In this document: piece by piece, positions 1 to 10,384 of the stretch
How the letters are laid out: each line of letters begins with the position of its first letter
How positions within the stretch are numbered: the first letter of the stretch is position 1
DNA from: a virus
Lineage: Duplodnaviria; Heunggongvirae; Uroviricota; Caudoviricetes
Length of the DNA: 48,461 bases
IMG/VR virus record: IMGVR_UViG_2778261094_000010
Span: 1-48,461 of that record
Direction: 5' to 3' (one strand)
The notes under the pieces: model-generated
Seen by the model: the letters and a program-made list of their open reading frames with translations, nothing else
What the model was told of the DNA's origin: nothing
Databases searched by the model: none
Made by a program: the position numbers and the translations under genes

Positions 1-183
1 TCAAGGTTTTTCTGAGCTAACGACCAGTTTCCTGATTGAATGCAAATCCCCCAGACTGCTCAGTTCTTCCTTCATCTCCCTCCGACGGCGATAAATCTCG
101 TCATTGCGATCGACCTGAGTCTGCGCCATCAGTCAGCACACCTGATATCACTACAGACATAATTTTTCTCGCGATAAATTAAA

Positions 184-714
184 TCAGGAAGAGACTTCCG
201 GAGAGACGGGCCATTCAATGGCGTTATATGAGGTTTTATCAGTGATGGGGCTGAAATCCATCGCCTGCAGCGATTTCGCGTAAATGCGCCAGACTGTCAG
301 CTTTTCTTTTTCTTCATCACCGATGATTCCCAAAAGTAAATCCGTCTTCTTATCGGATATTTCCCGTTCGGCAATCGCAGTAAGACGTGCACGCTCCGAC
401 TCTGCCTGCTGCCTGTAGTCAACAGGGACCGGTAGTACTTCACCGTCTTTATAATACCAGCGCGCCTCTATACAAAAGCCATCCGGTAGTTCATCCACTT
501 CCACAATGGTAAAACCAACGGGATAAAGACGGGATACATCTTCCGCCACGGAATAAATAACGCCGGTTTCAGGATGCGTGCACAGCTTGTATTTCTTCGT
601 GAATTTATCCAGTGATTCATAAAAATCCTGCCCGTCTTCACTACGGAAATACTGAATGCCGTCACCATAAGGCATGTCTTCAGGGTAGTAACGCGTAATG
701 TTTGAGAGTTCCAT
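184..714 (-). CDS. Tail fibre assembly protein (Tfa-like chaperone)
   Basis: Translation from MELSNITRYYPEDMPYGDG resembles lambdoid/P2-type tail fibre assembly proteins; ATG at 714 is preceded by an AAGGAG ribosome-binding site; sits directly downstream of the tail fibre gene. The longer ORF start at 750 is rejected. Confidence 0.8.
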   Translation of the reverse strand: MELSNITRYYPEDMPYGDGIQYFRSEDGQDFYESLDKFTKKYKLCTHPETGVIYSVAEDVSRLYPVGFTIVEVDELPDGFCIEARWYYKDGEVLPVPVDYRQQAESERARLTAIAEREISDKKTDLLLGIIGDEEKEKLTVWRIYAKSLQAMDFSPITDKTSYNAIEWPVSPEVSS

Positions 715-728
715 TATTTTCTCCTTAA

Positions 729-1838
729 TTAACCTGATACAGATCGCCATGCACCATTAATATAAATCTGAGCCTGTTTGTAATACACGCCACCGATATT
801 GTCTGCAGAGTTACGGCCAGTATCCTGAACATTAATGCCTGACAAAACACAACCAGAAGGTGCTCGAAACGTCCAGCTGTGCTCGTTCCCGCCCGGGTTG
901 TAAAACACCTCACTGGTATACTGAAAATTCTGTACGCCACCTGTTTTGGTCTGGTAGCGGGTATCAAAGTTTCCGTAGTCTGACGGTATAACCTGATGCC
1001 CACATCGCCAGTTTCCCGCATCATCCATATACGCCTGACCGTCCGTACCATTATCCGTACGGCTATTATTTATCATGTAAATGCCAAACTGCTTATTCCC
1101 AAGACCAGCCAGGAAATACTTTCTGTCTGCATGATCCTGACGCAGAAGCGCCTGAGCAGCATCAGTATTTATCCTGTTTTTCCCGAAAATAACGTTGTTG
1201 TCACGCATCTGAATCCACGTTCCGTTACTGCTGTTAATCGCAAAACGGCCTGCAAATACATCTTCTGTAACATCCAGACCATGTCCCATAGTTATGCGAC
1301 CGGTCCTGAGATTAAGCGTAAAGGGGCGTAGCGGCCCAATATCACCACTCTCGCCCTGATTTTCCCGGGTAGGAATGAGGTACAGACACTCTTCCGAACG
1401 ACGAAAAATCAGACCAAAGGCTTCGTTGAAAATCCTCAGTGCATTAACGCCACGGATTTTCAGCTCCCCGGTCATGGTGTCTCCATCACGCTGAACGGCA
1501 TTTTTTGCCTTATCCACCGTGGGTTTTAATCCGAGGTTTTCAACAGCCTCATCACTGTCTTCGATATCCGAAAGATTATTTTTTATCAGCAATGCCTCTT
1601 CGTTAATCGCACCGCCAACCAGTAATAATATGGCTTTATATAACTGGTCGTGTTCCTCTTTATTCAGTTTTATCCCGGCCTTCTCAATGACACCACAGAT
1701 TTCCTCCTGAAGGGCATCCCACATGGCACTGTTCAGCCAGGTGGCATGACGCCCTGTACGAATATTCCCGTCAGTAAATCCGTTCTTGCCCGGGCCAAAT
1801 TTATCTTTAACTGCTGTCGGAGTGTCAATTCTGTGCAT
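729..1838 (-). CDS. Tail fibre protein (receptor-binding, side tail fibre C-terminal type)
   Basis: 369 aa, Gly/Asn/Thr-rich with a conserved fibre C-terminus (SDYGNFDTRYQ); strong GGGAGG ribosome-binding site before the ATG at 1838; followed by Tfa. Confidence 0.8.
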   Translation of the reverse strand: MHRIDTPTAVKDKFGPGKNGFTDGNIRTGRHATWLNSAMWDALQEEICGVIEKAGIKLNKEEHDQLYKAILLLVGGAINEEALLIKNNLSDIEDSDEAVENLGLKPTVDKAKNAVQRDGDTMTGELKIRGVNALRIFNEAFGLIFRRSEECLYLIPTRENQGESGDIGPLRPFTLNLRTGRITMGHGLDVTEDVFAGRFAINSSNGTWIQMRDNNVIFGKNRINTDAAQALLRQDHADRKYFLAGLGNKQFGIYMINNSRTDNGTDGQAYMDDAGNWRCGHQVIPSDYGNFDTRYQTKTGGVQNFQYTSEVFYNPGGNEHSWTFRAPSGCVLSGINVQDTGRNSADNIGGVYYKQAQIYINGAWRSVSG

Positions 1839-1868
1839 ATTAAACCTCCCGTGAATTAAATATCAGAA

Positions 1869-2918
1869 TTATGTCCTTGCCTGATTAAACAATTCCGCTG
1901 TGAAAGTCAGTTCACCCTTTGTGAAAGGCGTTTCTCCGCCTGGCTGGGCCATAAAACTCTGTGAGACAGTCGTCCAGCTGTTTGTGTCGCTTTGTACGCC
2001 ATTCTCTGTAATCGTTGCGCCTGCATGGCTGCCATTTTTCACTTTCCAGGCCAGGCGGTTATTGGGGGCATCAGCACCGCGGTAAGTGACCGAGGCCATA
2101 ACGGCCACAACATCACTGTTGACGTTATCCACCGCACCAAACGTGGCCTGTGCGGCATTCAGGGACGGCGAGAGCATCAGATATCCGGCCTCGCTGTCAG
2201 AGGTGTTCAGCCCCGTGACAATATCTTTATTCAGTGAGTTTTTGGCGCTTCCACCGGTAAATGCCGTTACCGGGCTGTATCTGACCTCAATGCTTCCGAG
2301 CAGGGCGGGTTCTGCACTATTATTTCTACCGTATGTCACTGTTCCACAGTACATATCACCCAGCATTAACGTGCCGGATGCACCCGATGAAAAAATATTG
2401 TTACCACCACCAATACTCACCTGAATTTTGTCAGTCCGGTCATCTGGTACATAAAACGATGTATTTCCAACTAATGAGCGGTTGCAGTACAGACTGGCTG
2501 AGACATAGCCGTTTTCGTTTCGCGTTGCGAAAATTTCATAGTAATAACTGGCTGCTTCATCAGGATACGGGGTTGTAAATGAATAGCCATTAATCCTGAT
2601 GTGGGATGGCGAAGATGAATATTTCTTTCCCGCACTTAATGTCAGACGAAATCCCAGCTGTACAGCTGAGGCTTTTAAGTCCGGAAGTGTGCTGTACAGT
2701 GTGACATATGAGGGTGTCGTAAAAATCAGCCCCGTTCTTTCTACAGTATTTACGGCCTGAGTGCCACGACAGACGGATGTTACAGAACCGGACATATCAT
2801 TGATAAGCGTGACACCGTTTTCGTTCAGTGCTGAAATAATATTTGTTGAATAATAGTTCTCGCACAATCCCTCATTCGCCGGAATTTGTCGAAAACTTTC
2901 GAGTTTAATAATATTCAA
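1869..2918 (-). CDS. Hypothetical tail fibre-associated protein, probable proximal fibre or adaptor
   Basis: 349 aa Ser/Thr/Gly/Asn-rich ORF between the DUF2313-like baseplate protein and the fibre gene. Apparent TTG start at 2916..2918 preceded by AAGGAGAG. Confidence 0.5.
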   Translation of the reverse strand: MNIIKLESFRQIPANEGLCENYYSTNIISALNENGVTLINDMSGSVTSVCRGTQAVNTVERTGLIFTTPSYVTLYSTLPDLKASAVQLGFRLTLSAGKKYSSSPSHIRINGYSFTTPYPDEAASYYYEIFATRNENGYVSASLYCNRSLVGNTSFYVPDDRTDKIQVSIGGGNNIFSSGASGTLMLGDMYCGTVTYGRNNSAEPALLGSIEVRYSPVTAFTGGSAKNSLNKDIVTGLNTSDSEAGYLMLSPSLNAAQATFGAVDNVNSDVVAVMASVTYRGADAPNNRLAWKVKNGSHAGATITENGVQSDTNSWTTVSQSFMAQPGGETPFTKGELTFTAELFNQART

Positions 2919-2941
2919 AGCGGCTCTCCTTTTATTTTATG

Positions 2942-3901
2942 TCATTCGGACGTGACCACAGCAAAATGCAGTCCCGGGTGATTAATCAATAACGGTTCAC
3001 GGGTTCTGCTGGCTGTCTGCAACTGCATACTGTTAACCGGTACGGGGGAGCGGGTCCTGTATCCCGTCTGCAACTGTGCGCTGTTCATGGTCATGGGGTC
3101 CGTTGTCGGCAGACCTGAGTGCAATTGCGCCCTGCTGAGTACCAGTGGTTCTGCCATCGGACGGGCGGCATAAAAGTTAATCCGGTTAATTGTCAGCGGC
3201 TTACCTGTCAGTGCCGGAACAACCGCAAAATGAACACCTGTATGATTAATCGCTAATGGCTCAGTCGTCTTGTGTCCGGCCTGAAAGGAGAGGCTGTTTA
3301 TAGTCAGGGCGGCTTGTTGCCCTTCACCAGACTCATCCGGATATGCAAAAAGGACAACAGTATGCGACGGACATAATTTATTAATCACGCACTCCGCAAC
3401 CGTATCACCCCACGTCCGGATCGGTGTGTTACAGGTGTCCGAACATGTCTGCCACTGAGCACCGGCATCCACCGGCAACGTCACACGCCAGAAATAACGC
3501 CAGCGATCACCCCATTCCGGATCGGGGCTTGCATCCAGGTGCTGGAACTGTTCGATCGTCACGCCGGTATATCCCAGCGCCTCAAGCTGCTCCAGGAAGA
3601 ACTGCTCATTTATGCCACCAGCCACATTGGCTTTTGCTTCCAGCCGTTGCTGACGCTGGCGTAATGTCTGGGCTCCAACAGGAGAGCAGGTGTCAGGTAA
3701 ACCATACAATTCTTCATAACGTTCAATCAGCTCTGTTGACTGACCAGGATCGATTTCAGCCATCAGTTCATCAGTCCGCTGATGAACACGTACAAGCGAT
3801 GGTGCCAGACCATCAAGCACGCCGTCGGTATCGCTCCATGCAGGCCCCGGCGGCATCAGTCCGTACAGCAGCTTTGTATAATCATCCTGTAACGAATCCA
3901 T
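2942..3901 (-). CDS. Baseplate/tail protein, DUF2313 (Mu gp48 / P2 gpI-like) with an internally repeated C-terminal extension
   Basis: N-terminal MDSLQDDYTKLLYGLMPPGPAW region resembles YmfQ/gp48-type proteins; C-terminus carries repeated PL.INH.G.HFAVV and QLQT/QLHS motifs. Confidence 0.7.
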   Translation of the reverse strand: MDSLQDDYTKLLYGLMPPGPAWSDTDGVLDGLAPSLVRVHQRTDELMAEIDPGQSTELIERYEELYGLPDTCSPVGAQTLRQRQQRLEAKANVAGGINEQFFLEQLEALGYTGVTIEQFQHLDASPDPEWGDRWRYFWRVTLPVDAGAQWQTCSDTCNTPIRTWGDTVAECVINKLCPSHTVVLFAYPDESGEGQQAALTINSLSFQAGHKTTEPLAINHTGVHFAVVPALTGKPLTINRINFYAARPMAEPLVLSRAQLHSGLPTTDPMTMNSAQLQTGYRTRSPVPVNSMQLQTASRTREPLLINHPGLHFAVVTSE

Positions 3902-4983
3902 TATTTACTCCTTGCCGGGTCATAAGCCTGCCAGGTGATCTCGCCGAGCACCGGAAGCTCGGTCTCCCCCAGGTCAATATCCGATGAAGGGACGATTAAC
4001 CGGTGGGCCACTTCACCAGCAGACAAACTGATGGCCTCACTGATTCTGGACAGATACATACGCCCCTCTGGCACACCATCCCGTAACATCAGTGCATTCA
4101 GCTCTGCTTTTATTGCAGTCCTGATCTGCGGTGTGTCTTTCGATAATGCAATCGTCATCGGGATGACTTTTTCTGTGGCACCGAATACATACAATCCACT
4201 TCCGGCAACCGGTGTCAGAGGAAGAATGTGTTCTCTGACTGCATTAATGACGCTTTCATCCGGAGCCGGATGTTCCGGATCGTTTGTCGCCACCATCACG
4301 CCAACCGTTCCAATGCCTTTCCAGTGTCTGAAAGTCCATGCACGGTTAATACCCTGAACTTCTTTCGCCCAGATAACATAATCAGGGTCTGCGCCCCCCT
4401 GTGGAATGTAGTAATAACGTTCCATAACGCGGGCACGCCATATTTCCAGATTTTCAATATCTTCACCGTCTGTAATGGTGTCCGCGTACCCTGTGGACGG
4501 CAGACCACTGACGGGTGTTCCCAGTTGCATGGCAATACCATCATCCGTATTCCCCGCCGCCCCCGGTTCATCTGCCACAACAGGCACCCGGAGAAGACCA
4601 TCGGCTGCGGTCACCGTCGCCGTCGTGGTGAAGGTCACCTGATCATCACGCTGGATCTGCGTTCCCGCTGGCAATACAGGTGTTCCCTCTACGCCATCCC
4701 AGCGCACAAATCCCCGGGCTGTCACCGCATCTTTTCGCAGGCAGCGTTTGATTCTGGCGTGCCGGTACAACCAGTCTTCATCACACATGTCCGGCAACAG
4801 ATTTCTGGCAAGATAATCGATATACCCGTACAACGTGTGTACGGCTGCAGCCTGTACACGGGCATACACTTCCGCATCCATACGACGAAGCAGCGTATCC
4901 TGCTCAAAGCGGGTTAATAAATCGCTCCGGATCATAGAAATAAGTTGCGGAAGGCCGGGGCGATAAAACTGACTGTCAGCCAT
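3901..4983 (-). CDS. Baseplate J-like protein (Mu gp47-like)
   Basis: 360 aa, position and sequence character of baseplate wedge J family, in a gp44-gp45-gp46-gp47-gp48 Mu-like series. Confidence 0.8.
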   Translation of the reverse strand: MADSQFYRPGLPQLISMIRSDLLTRFEQDTLLRRMDAEVYARVQAAAVHTLYGYIDYLARNLLPDMCDEDWLYRHARIKRCLRKDAVTARGFVRWDGVEGTPVLPAGTQIQRDDQVTFTTTATVTAADGLLRVPVVADEPGAAGNTDDGIAMQLGTPVSGLPSTGYADTITDGEDIENLEIWRARVMERYYYIPQGGADPDYVIWAKEVQGINRAWTFRHWKGIGTVGVMVATNDPEHPAPDESVINAVREHILPLTPVAGSGLYVFGATEKVIPMTIALSKDTPQIRTAIKAELNALMLRDGVPEGRMYLSRISEAISLSAGEVAHRLIVPSSDIDLGETELPVLGEITWQAYDPARSK

Positions 4984-5389
4984 TCAGTTCACTCCAGATA
5001 TCATCAAAAATAATGTTGTGAATATTGCCGTCACGCTGGTAAATGGTAATGGCAAGTGCCAGCGAGTCTGTCCCGGTCCGGACAGCGTTAATATCAAGAC
5101 GGGAAGCAACACCATCCTCCACCATCCACGCCAGCGCCTCACGGGCATAATCTCTGGCAAGCTGCGGGGTTTTATTTGTCAGTTTGCTGCGTCGCAGCAG
5201 ATACAGACGCGACCCCGTGCGATCATTCTGAACAGCAGGCCAGGTATCCCCCCACCATCCAAATATCTGCGGTGCATCATCATCCCGCCCGGCACGCCGC
5301 CAGGTAAAAAGCGAAATAATCACAGCACGCGTCAGAAGGTCGAGCAAAGCCCCGGTCGACACGGGTCGCCCGTTAACATTAATCATCAT
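4976..5389 (-). CDS. Baseplate protein (Mu gp46-like)
   Basis: 137 aa ORF between the V-like spike and J-like genes, overlapping the neighbour's start, as in Mu-type baseplate clusters. Confidence 0.65.
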   Translation of the reverse strand: MMINVNGRPVSTGALLDLLTRAVIISLFTWRRAGRDDDAPQIFGWWGDTWPAVQNDRTGSRLYLLRRSKLTNKTPQLARDYAREALAWMVEDGVASRLDINAVRTGTDSLALAITIYQRDGNIHNIIFDDIWSELNG

Positions 5390-5394
5390 GATTT

Positions 5395-5928
5395 TCAGCC
5401 CATCGGTTGATCCGGCGTGTCAGTGATCCCGCCACCATCACCATTTTCGGTGTGTTTGTGGGCATTGTAGGTCTGCCGCATTTGCTGCATGCTGAGTCCG
5501 CCACTGTCGCAATTGTCAGTAATATCGGCGGTGGATTCGACCGGCATTTCAAAGCGCGCTTTAGGCGCGTTTTGAAAAATAATGGGCTTCCCGGCCCCGT
5601 TCACCACAATACCGGAACGGGTCAGGACAACGGACTGTCCCAGATCGTCATAAAGCGCCACTTCCCCACGTTTCAGTCCTTTCAGCCGGTAACGTCTGTC
5701 AGACACGACCACAACCACACCATGAGAACGATCGCCCGCCGGAAATAAAGCAACGCCCTCAGCACCGTTCTGTGCGGCAGATGTAAAACCATAAGGTTCA
5801 AGGTGCTCAACGTGTTGTTTCTGATCTCCGGCTATCATTTTCAACCCTACAGACTGACACTTTCTGGCGGAATCCACCGCCGTGATGACAGCCCGGGAAA
5901 TCAGATTGCGAAGAGAAAACCCGTTCAT
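5395..5928 (-). CDS. Baseplate assembly protein V-like (Mu gp45-like spike)
   Basis: 177 aa with Gly-rich C-terminus; located between the gpD-like hub and gp46-like genes. Confidence 0.75.
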   Translation of the reverse strand: MNGFSLRNLISRAVITAVDSARKCQSVGLKMIAGDQKQHVEHLEPYGFTSAAQNGAEGVALFPAGDRSHGVVVVVSDRRYRLKGLKRGEVALYDDLGQSVVLTRSGIVVNGAGKPIIFQNAPKARFEMPVESTADITDNCDSGGLSMQQMRQTYNAHKHTENGDGGGITDTPDQPMG

Positions 5929-6983
5929 CAGAAATCCTCCTCAACATTTTTTTTCTTCCTGGCGGTAACAGGCTCGGGGAGATAAGCATCTGCCGGGCCA
6001 ACCCGTAATTCAGTCGTCGTGCCCCGGTCGTCCTGGTTATAGGTAACTTCTGCAATCACCAGTTCATCATTATCAAAATTATTCAGCGGGTCGAAAACGA
6101 TGACAGATAACCCCGGACGCCATAACGCGCCACTGCCCTGCCGCCAGCCCTGAACCGTATATGTTGTCTCACGGGTAAGCGCAGCCCGTTGGCGCGCTTC
6201 AAATTCACAACGGGCCTTACAGGTTGCTGTCGTTGCTGTGCCTGACTGCTGAATCAACAAAGGGCGATAACGGGTCACGCCATTGTCCTGAATGGTCTGA
6301 CGTATTGCGGCAATGGTGGCCTCACCAAAATCATCGTCGTTGCCCGGGCGCTGCCCACTGACCTGATATTCAGAAAACCGCTCTCTGATGCTTCTTTCCG
6401 TGTCACAGGAAAGAATATTCTCTCCCAGCACCAGTGCCGTCGCCGCTTTGCCTGTTCCGGGTTTCCCAAGAACCAGTCGCCCACATTCATCGTCATAAGC
6501 CAGCGTCTGAACCTGCCCCAGCAACCGGTTAAGACAATCGGCAACAGTTTCGCCGTGTTCCGGCTGTGCATCAATCACCGCAGTCTGAGGCACGCCAGCA
6601 TCAACAACAGTGATGCCAAATGGCGCAGCCAGTTCAGTGACTATTCTGAGCAGGTTTTTTCCGCTCTGCTGGAGTGGCAAAGCGGAGCAATCAACCAGAT
6701 CGGCTGTTTTGCTTCGCCCGACAATCCCCATACTGACGCTGCTGGCGTCATAACGAAGCGGTAGTGCCTCCACATATCCGGTGAGCACGGGCTCATCCCC
6801 GATAAGCACTTCAACCAGCTCACCATTTTTTATCCGGGGCTGATAATCCCGGCTGCCGGGCCAGCGGGTGGTAATGGCAACATTAAAATCCCGGGCAATA
6901 CGGTTAATGCCCGCACTGATACGGACGGATGTCCAGCCGCCCCATTCGCGACCGGAAACCCGAAGTAAAACGGTATTATTCAT
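5928..6983 (-). CDS. Tail protein gpD-like (Mu gp44-like baseplate hub)
   Basis: 351 aa; conserved position after the DNA circulation protein; P2 gpD / Mu P-like sequence character. Confidence 0.75.
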   Translation of the reverse strand: MNNTVLLRVSGREWGGWTSVRISAGINRIARDFNVAITTRWPGSRDYQPRIKNGELVEVLIGDEPVLTGYVEALPLRYDASSVSMGIVGRSKTADLVDCSALPLQQSGKNLLRIVTELAAPFGITVVDAGVPQTAVIDAQPEHGETVADCLNRLLGQVQTLAYDDECGRLVLGKPGTGKAATALVLGENILSCDTERSIRERFSEYQVSGQRPGNDDDFGEATIAAIRQTIQDNGVTRYRPLLIQQSGTATTATCKARCEFEARQRAALTRETTYTVQGWRQGSGALWRPGLSVIVFDPLNNFDNDELVIAEVTYNQDDRGTTTELRVGPADAYLPEPVTARKKKNVEEDF

Positions 6984-8371
6984 CTGACGGGTACCCTTAA
7001 TGTCCTGACCGGAACAAAGCCCGGGTGGGAGATGGCATTTCGATCCAGGATATCTGTTTCACGGGACGCATCGTCGTACCATGACGCAGCCAGAACAAGT
7101 GCAGGCAGCACCTCCGCTGGCGTTCGCTCTGCGGTTTCCTCCGTCTGAACCAGACGCGCCTGAATATCCCGGTTCAGCTCTGTACGTAATGACGTCAGCT
7201 GAAAAAACAGCCCGTCGTCCATCGTGCGTCTGAGCTCCTGTTCAATCGCCGCATTCAGCGATTCGCGTATGATGGTAAGTTTTTCCCGCGTGGGTGGTTG
7301 CGCTGTTTCATCCTGTTCTGTGCTGGCTGCCACGCTGCCAAGCGCCGGATGAGAAACATGAATAATATCGGACTGACGTTCAGTGGAACCACCAACAGCC
7401 ACAACCGCCTGCTGATTTTTCACCAGACTTCCGGGTTGCGGCAGTGAAGATACCGCCCTTACAGCCTCGCTGATTGCCGTCGTCCGGATGACGGCTGCCA
7501 CCAGATTTGTCTGCTGTTTTTGCCTCACAACCGATGCGGAATCTGTGGGCCACACCGCACGCGGTGCCAGTCCTGGATCCAGCGTAATACCGGACATTGT
7601 TGTTATGGACTGCACCAGATCCTGTGTGTTATCCACCAGTCTGGTTCCGGCCCGCCAGGTATCCTGCAACATATGCACAAAATCACTGGCAACCGACGGA
7701 GGCATCAGAATGACGGATAAATCGCCCTGCAGTAGTCTCGCTCCGGCAGAAACAGCCGAATTAACCATTTTGAAAGCTGTCTGAACGGTTCCCAGCATAT
7801 CGGTCGTCCGGGCAATCACATCGTTCTGAATAAAGTCCGGCATTCCCGCGAGATCAAAATCGCCGAACATGTCTTCAATCAACTCATCCAGGAATACGGA
7901 CGACTCCTCCAGTTTTCTGGCGGTTGCAGCTCCGGCGACCGGAAATGACAGTTCCCCGCTCTCAACAAACTGAAATGAAACCCGGCACATACGGCCTTCA
8001 GTGCCGGAGTGAGAAACGGTCACCTGCCCATCAATACAGCCCTGCATTTCACCGAACTGCGGATGGATCAGCGTCCCCGGCCCGGCGGTTTCAATCGCTG
8101 TAATCAGCCTGTCGCGCTGCTCTGCGTAATCATCACCAACGAGATACGCATTAATCGTCAGCCGTCGCGTGGCACGCCCGAGATCCTCCGTGTACGGTTT
8201 GTCACGGTTTGGATATTCATGAACCTGAACGCGGCGTCCGAACGAACCCTCGTCGCTCTCCACCGAAAACGGAACGCCGCGAAATGAAGCATCGTAAAGA
8301 TTATCGCGCCAGGTCGTTCCGGAAGATGAAAAAAACAAAGAGGACAAAGAAGGTAAGGAAGGAAAATCCAT
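6980..8371 (-). CDS. DNA circulation protein-like tail protein (Mu gp43-like)
   Basis: 463 aa ORF immediately downstream of the tape measure gene with 4-nt overlap to the next gene. Confidence 0.7.
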   Translation of the reverse strand: MDFPSLPSLSSLFFSSSGTTWRDNLYDASFRGVPFSVESDEGSFGRRVQVHEYPNRDKPYTEDLGRATRRLTINAYLVGDDYAEQRDRLITAIETAGPGTLIHPQFGEMQGCIDGQVTVSHSGTEGRMCRVSFQFVESGELSFPVAGAATARKLEESSVFLDELIEDMFGDFDLAGMPDFIQNDVIARTTDMLGTVQTAFKMVNSAVSAGARLLQGDLSVILMPPSVASDFVHMLQDTWRAGTRLVDNTQDLVQSITTMSGITLDPGLAPRAVWPTDSASVVRQKQQTNLVAAVIRTTAISEAVRAVSSLPQPGSLVKNQQAVVAVGGSTERQSDIIHVSHPALGSVAASTEQDETAQPPTREKLTIIRESLNAAIEQELRRTMDDGLFFQLTSLRTELNRDIQARLVQTEETAERTPAEVLPALVLAASWYDDASRETDILDRNAISHPGFVPVRTLRVPVR

Positions 8372-8386
8372 TCTGATACCCCATTA

Positions 8387-10300
8387 TTAACGCCTGAAAG
8401 GTGAATACCCAACGTCATGGGTTATTTTCATAAAGGGATCGCCTGTTTTCGGCAAATCGATAACGCGCATTCCCTGTGGCGCATTGTCAAACGTGACTTT
8501 GATTTCACCACGTGCTGCCACAGACGATATCGCCGGATTAAGCAAAGGAACATTCGGTTTGTACTGACGCGGCTGATTAAGGGATGCCTGGTATTCCTCA
8601 TAATTTTTTCGATTAAAAAACGGGGTCCAGTCAGAGGCCAGATATATGCCATGATCCCTGGCCCAGTTGACATCGCCCTCAGGCAGAATTGATTCAAGTG
8701 CATTTTCGACGGGCTCCCACATCATAGAAGCCAGCACCCCATATACACCGGCTTTTCCGATAACGCCCCCGCCTTTACCAAACAATCCGGTAGCGGCAGT
8801 GACCTTGCCGAGTGTGCGCATATCCTTCGTCACAATGCTGATTGATTTAGTGACATCGGTGACCCACTTTGTCGCCATAAAAATGGCGATTGCTTTAAGG
8901 ATCGTTTCCCATCCCCCCATAGCCTGGGCGGTGCTATCAATGACTTCCCAGACATTTTTAATAACCGGTCCAACGGTTTCCCAGTTATCAATTATGAGAT
9001 ATGCACCACCGACGAGAAGCGCAATTAATCCCTTTGCCGGCGTCATATTCATCACGCTACCCATGATTTTTGTTATGCGTGTCAATGTGCCAATCGCCAC
9101 GCCCATCGTCAGTAATGCCGCACCAGTTTTCGCGATGGTTTTTACGACCTCAGGATTTTCTCTGACAAACGTGCGCACTTCTTCCAGAAAAGGCTTCATC
9201 TCTTTTATGCCTTCATTGATTGAAGGCAGGAAGGTTTCCCCCAGCGTGGAAGAAATCGCATTGATCTGGTTCTGCAGCAGCAACAACTGATTTTCCGTCG
9301 TCGCGGCACGGGCGGCATATTCTTTCTGCATTGAGCCGCCATACTGCTGCGCATCCGCCACACGATTAAAGTTGGTTCGCAACAAATCCAGATTCGTGAG
9401 TAGAGGCGCGATGGATCCAGAAGATTCCTTGCCGAACAGCTCATTAAGCGCGGCGGCCTGTTTTTCTTTCGGCACTTTCGCCAGAGAATCCAGTACGTGC
9501 AGCATGGCCCCACGGGCGTCTTTCTGCATATCCGCCGCCAGTTTTTTCGGGCTAATGCGCAACGAGCGGAGCACTTTTTTCTGCGATTTGGTGGCAGAAT
9601 CCCCCGCTGTCAGCGACAACATAAAATTCTTTATCCCCGTCGCCGCAATTTCTGATTCCACCCCCATTCCGGCAATGGTTGCCCCCATTGCGGCAATCTC
9701 TCCGGAGGCCACACCCGCAACACTGCCTAAAGGGCCAATACGGGTCACAATATCAGAAATCTTTTTCGCACTTGCAGGACCGGTATTACCAAGATAGTTA
9801 ATCTTGTCCGCAAGTCCTGCCACCTCTCCCTGTGTCAGTTTAAAGGCAGTGCGCCACTGTGCCATCATCTGACCGGATTCTTCTGCCGTGGTGTCAAAAG
9901 CCACGCCCATCTTCACGGCGTCGTCAGTAAACTGCATCAGCTCGTCACGGGCGATACCAGCCTGACCACCCGCCGCCACAATTTCGGCGATACCTTCCGC
10001 CGACATGGGCAGCTCTGTTGACAGGTCGCGCACCTGCTCCGTCATTGCCTTAAACGCTTCCGGCGTATCCAGACCATCCACCACTTTCCGGACATCCGCC
10101 ATTTTTGATTCAAGGGCAATGGCAGATTTGACCGGGAGCGCCAGCGCCCCCAGTACTGCGGTTCCGGCACCCGCTGCGCCCAGTGACAGGCTGGCAAACT
10201 CCTTTTTAAAACCTTTCAGCTGGCGCTGCATTCCCTTCAGCGGTGCCGATACCTTATCCACGGCAGTGATGATCGCCTTCAGCTGAAAACTGTCAGCCAT
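8387..10300 (-). CDS. Tail tape measure protein
   Basis: 637 aa, Ala/Gly-rich with hydrophobic segments, located after the sheath/tube/chaperone genes. Confidence 0.85.
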   Translation of the reverse strand: MADSFQLKAIITAVDKVSAPLKGMQRQLKGFKKEFASLSLGAAGAGTAVLGALALPVKSAIALESKMADVRKVVDGLDTPEAFKAMTEQVRDLSTELPMSAEGIAEIVAAGGQAGIARDELMQFTDDAVKMGVAFDTTAEESGQMMAQWRTAFKLTQGEVAGLADKINYLGNTGPASAKKISDIVTRIGPLGSVAGVASGEIAAMGATIAGMGVESEIAATGIKNFMLSLTAGDSATKSQKKVLRSLRISPKKLAADMQKDARGAMLHVLDSLAKVPKEKQAAALNELFGKESSGSIAPLLTNLDLLRTNFNRVADAQQYGGSMQKEYAARAATTENQLLLLQNQINAISSTLGETFLPSINEGIKEMKPFLEEVRTFVRENPEVVKTIAKTGAALLTMGVAIGTLTRITKIMGSVMNMTPAKGLIALLVGGAYLIIDNWETVGPVIKNVWEVIDSTAQAMGGWETILKAIAIFMATKWVTDVTKSISIVTKDMRTLGKVTAATGLFGKGGGVIGKAGVYGVLASMMWEPVENALESILPEGDVNWARDHGIYLASDWTPFFNRKNYEEYQASLNQPRQYKPNVPLLNPAISSVAARGEIKVTFDNAPQGMRVIDLPKTGDPFMKITHDVGYSPFRR

Positions 10301-10384
10301 GCTTCATCTCCTCGTTAATGCGGACGGCCTCGGCTTCCAGTTCTGTAAACTGCGAAATAGCCACCCGTCGCAGCTCCAGTGGAT

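Noticed and set aside
1-129. 42-codon minus-strand ORF at the left window edge (MAQTQVDRNDEIYRRRREMKEEL...)
   Set aside because: Short, no recognisable motif, no clear ribosome-binding site, and at the edge of the window.
1-1900. Invertible tail fibre segment (G-segment-like) with invertase
   Set aside because: No recombinase/invertase gene and no obvious inverted crossover sites flank the fibre and tfa genes within the window.
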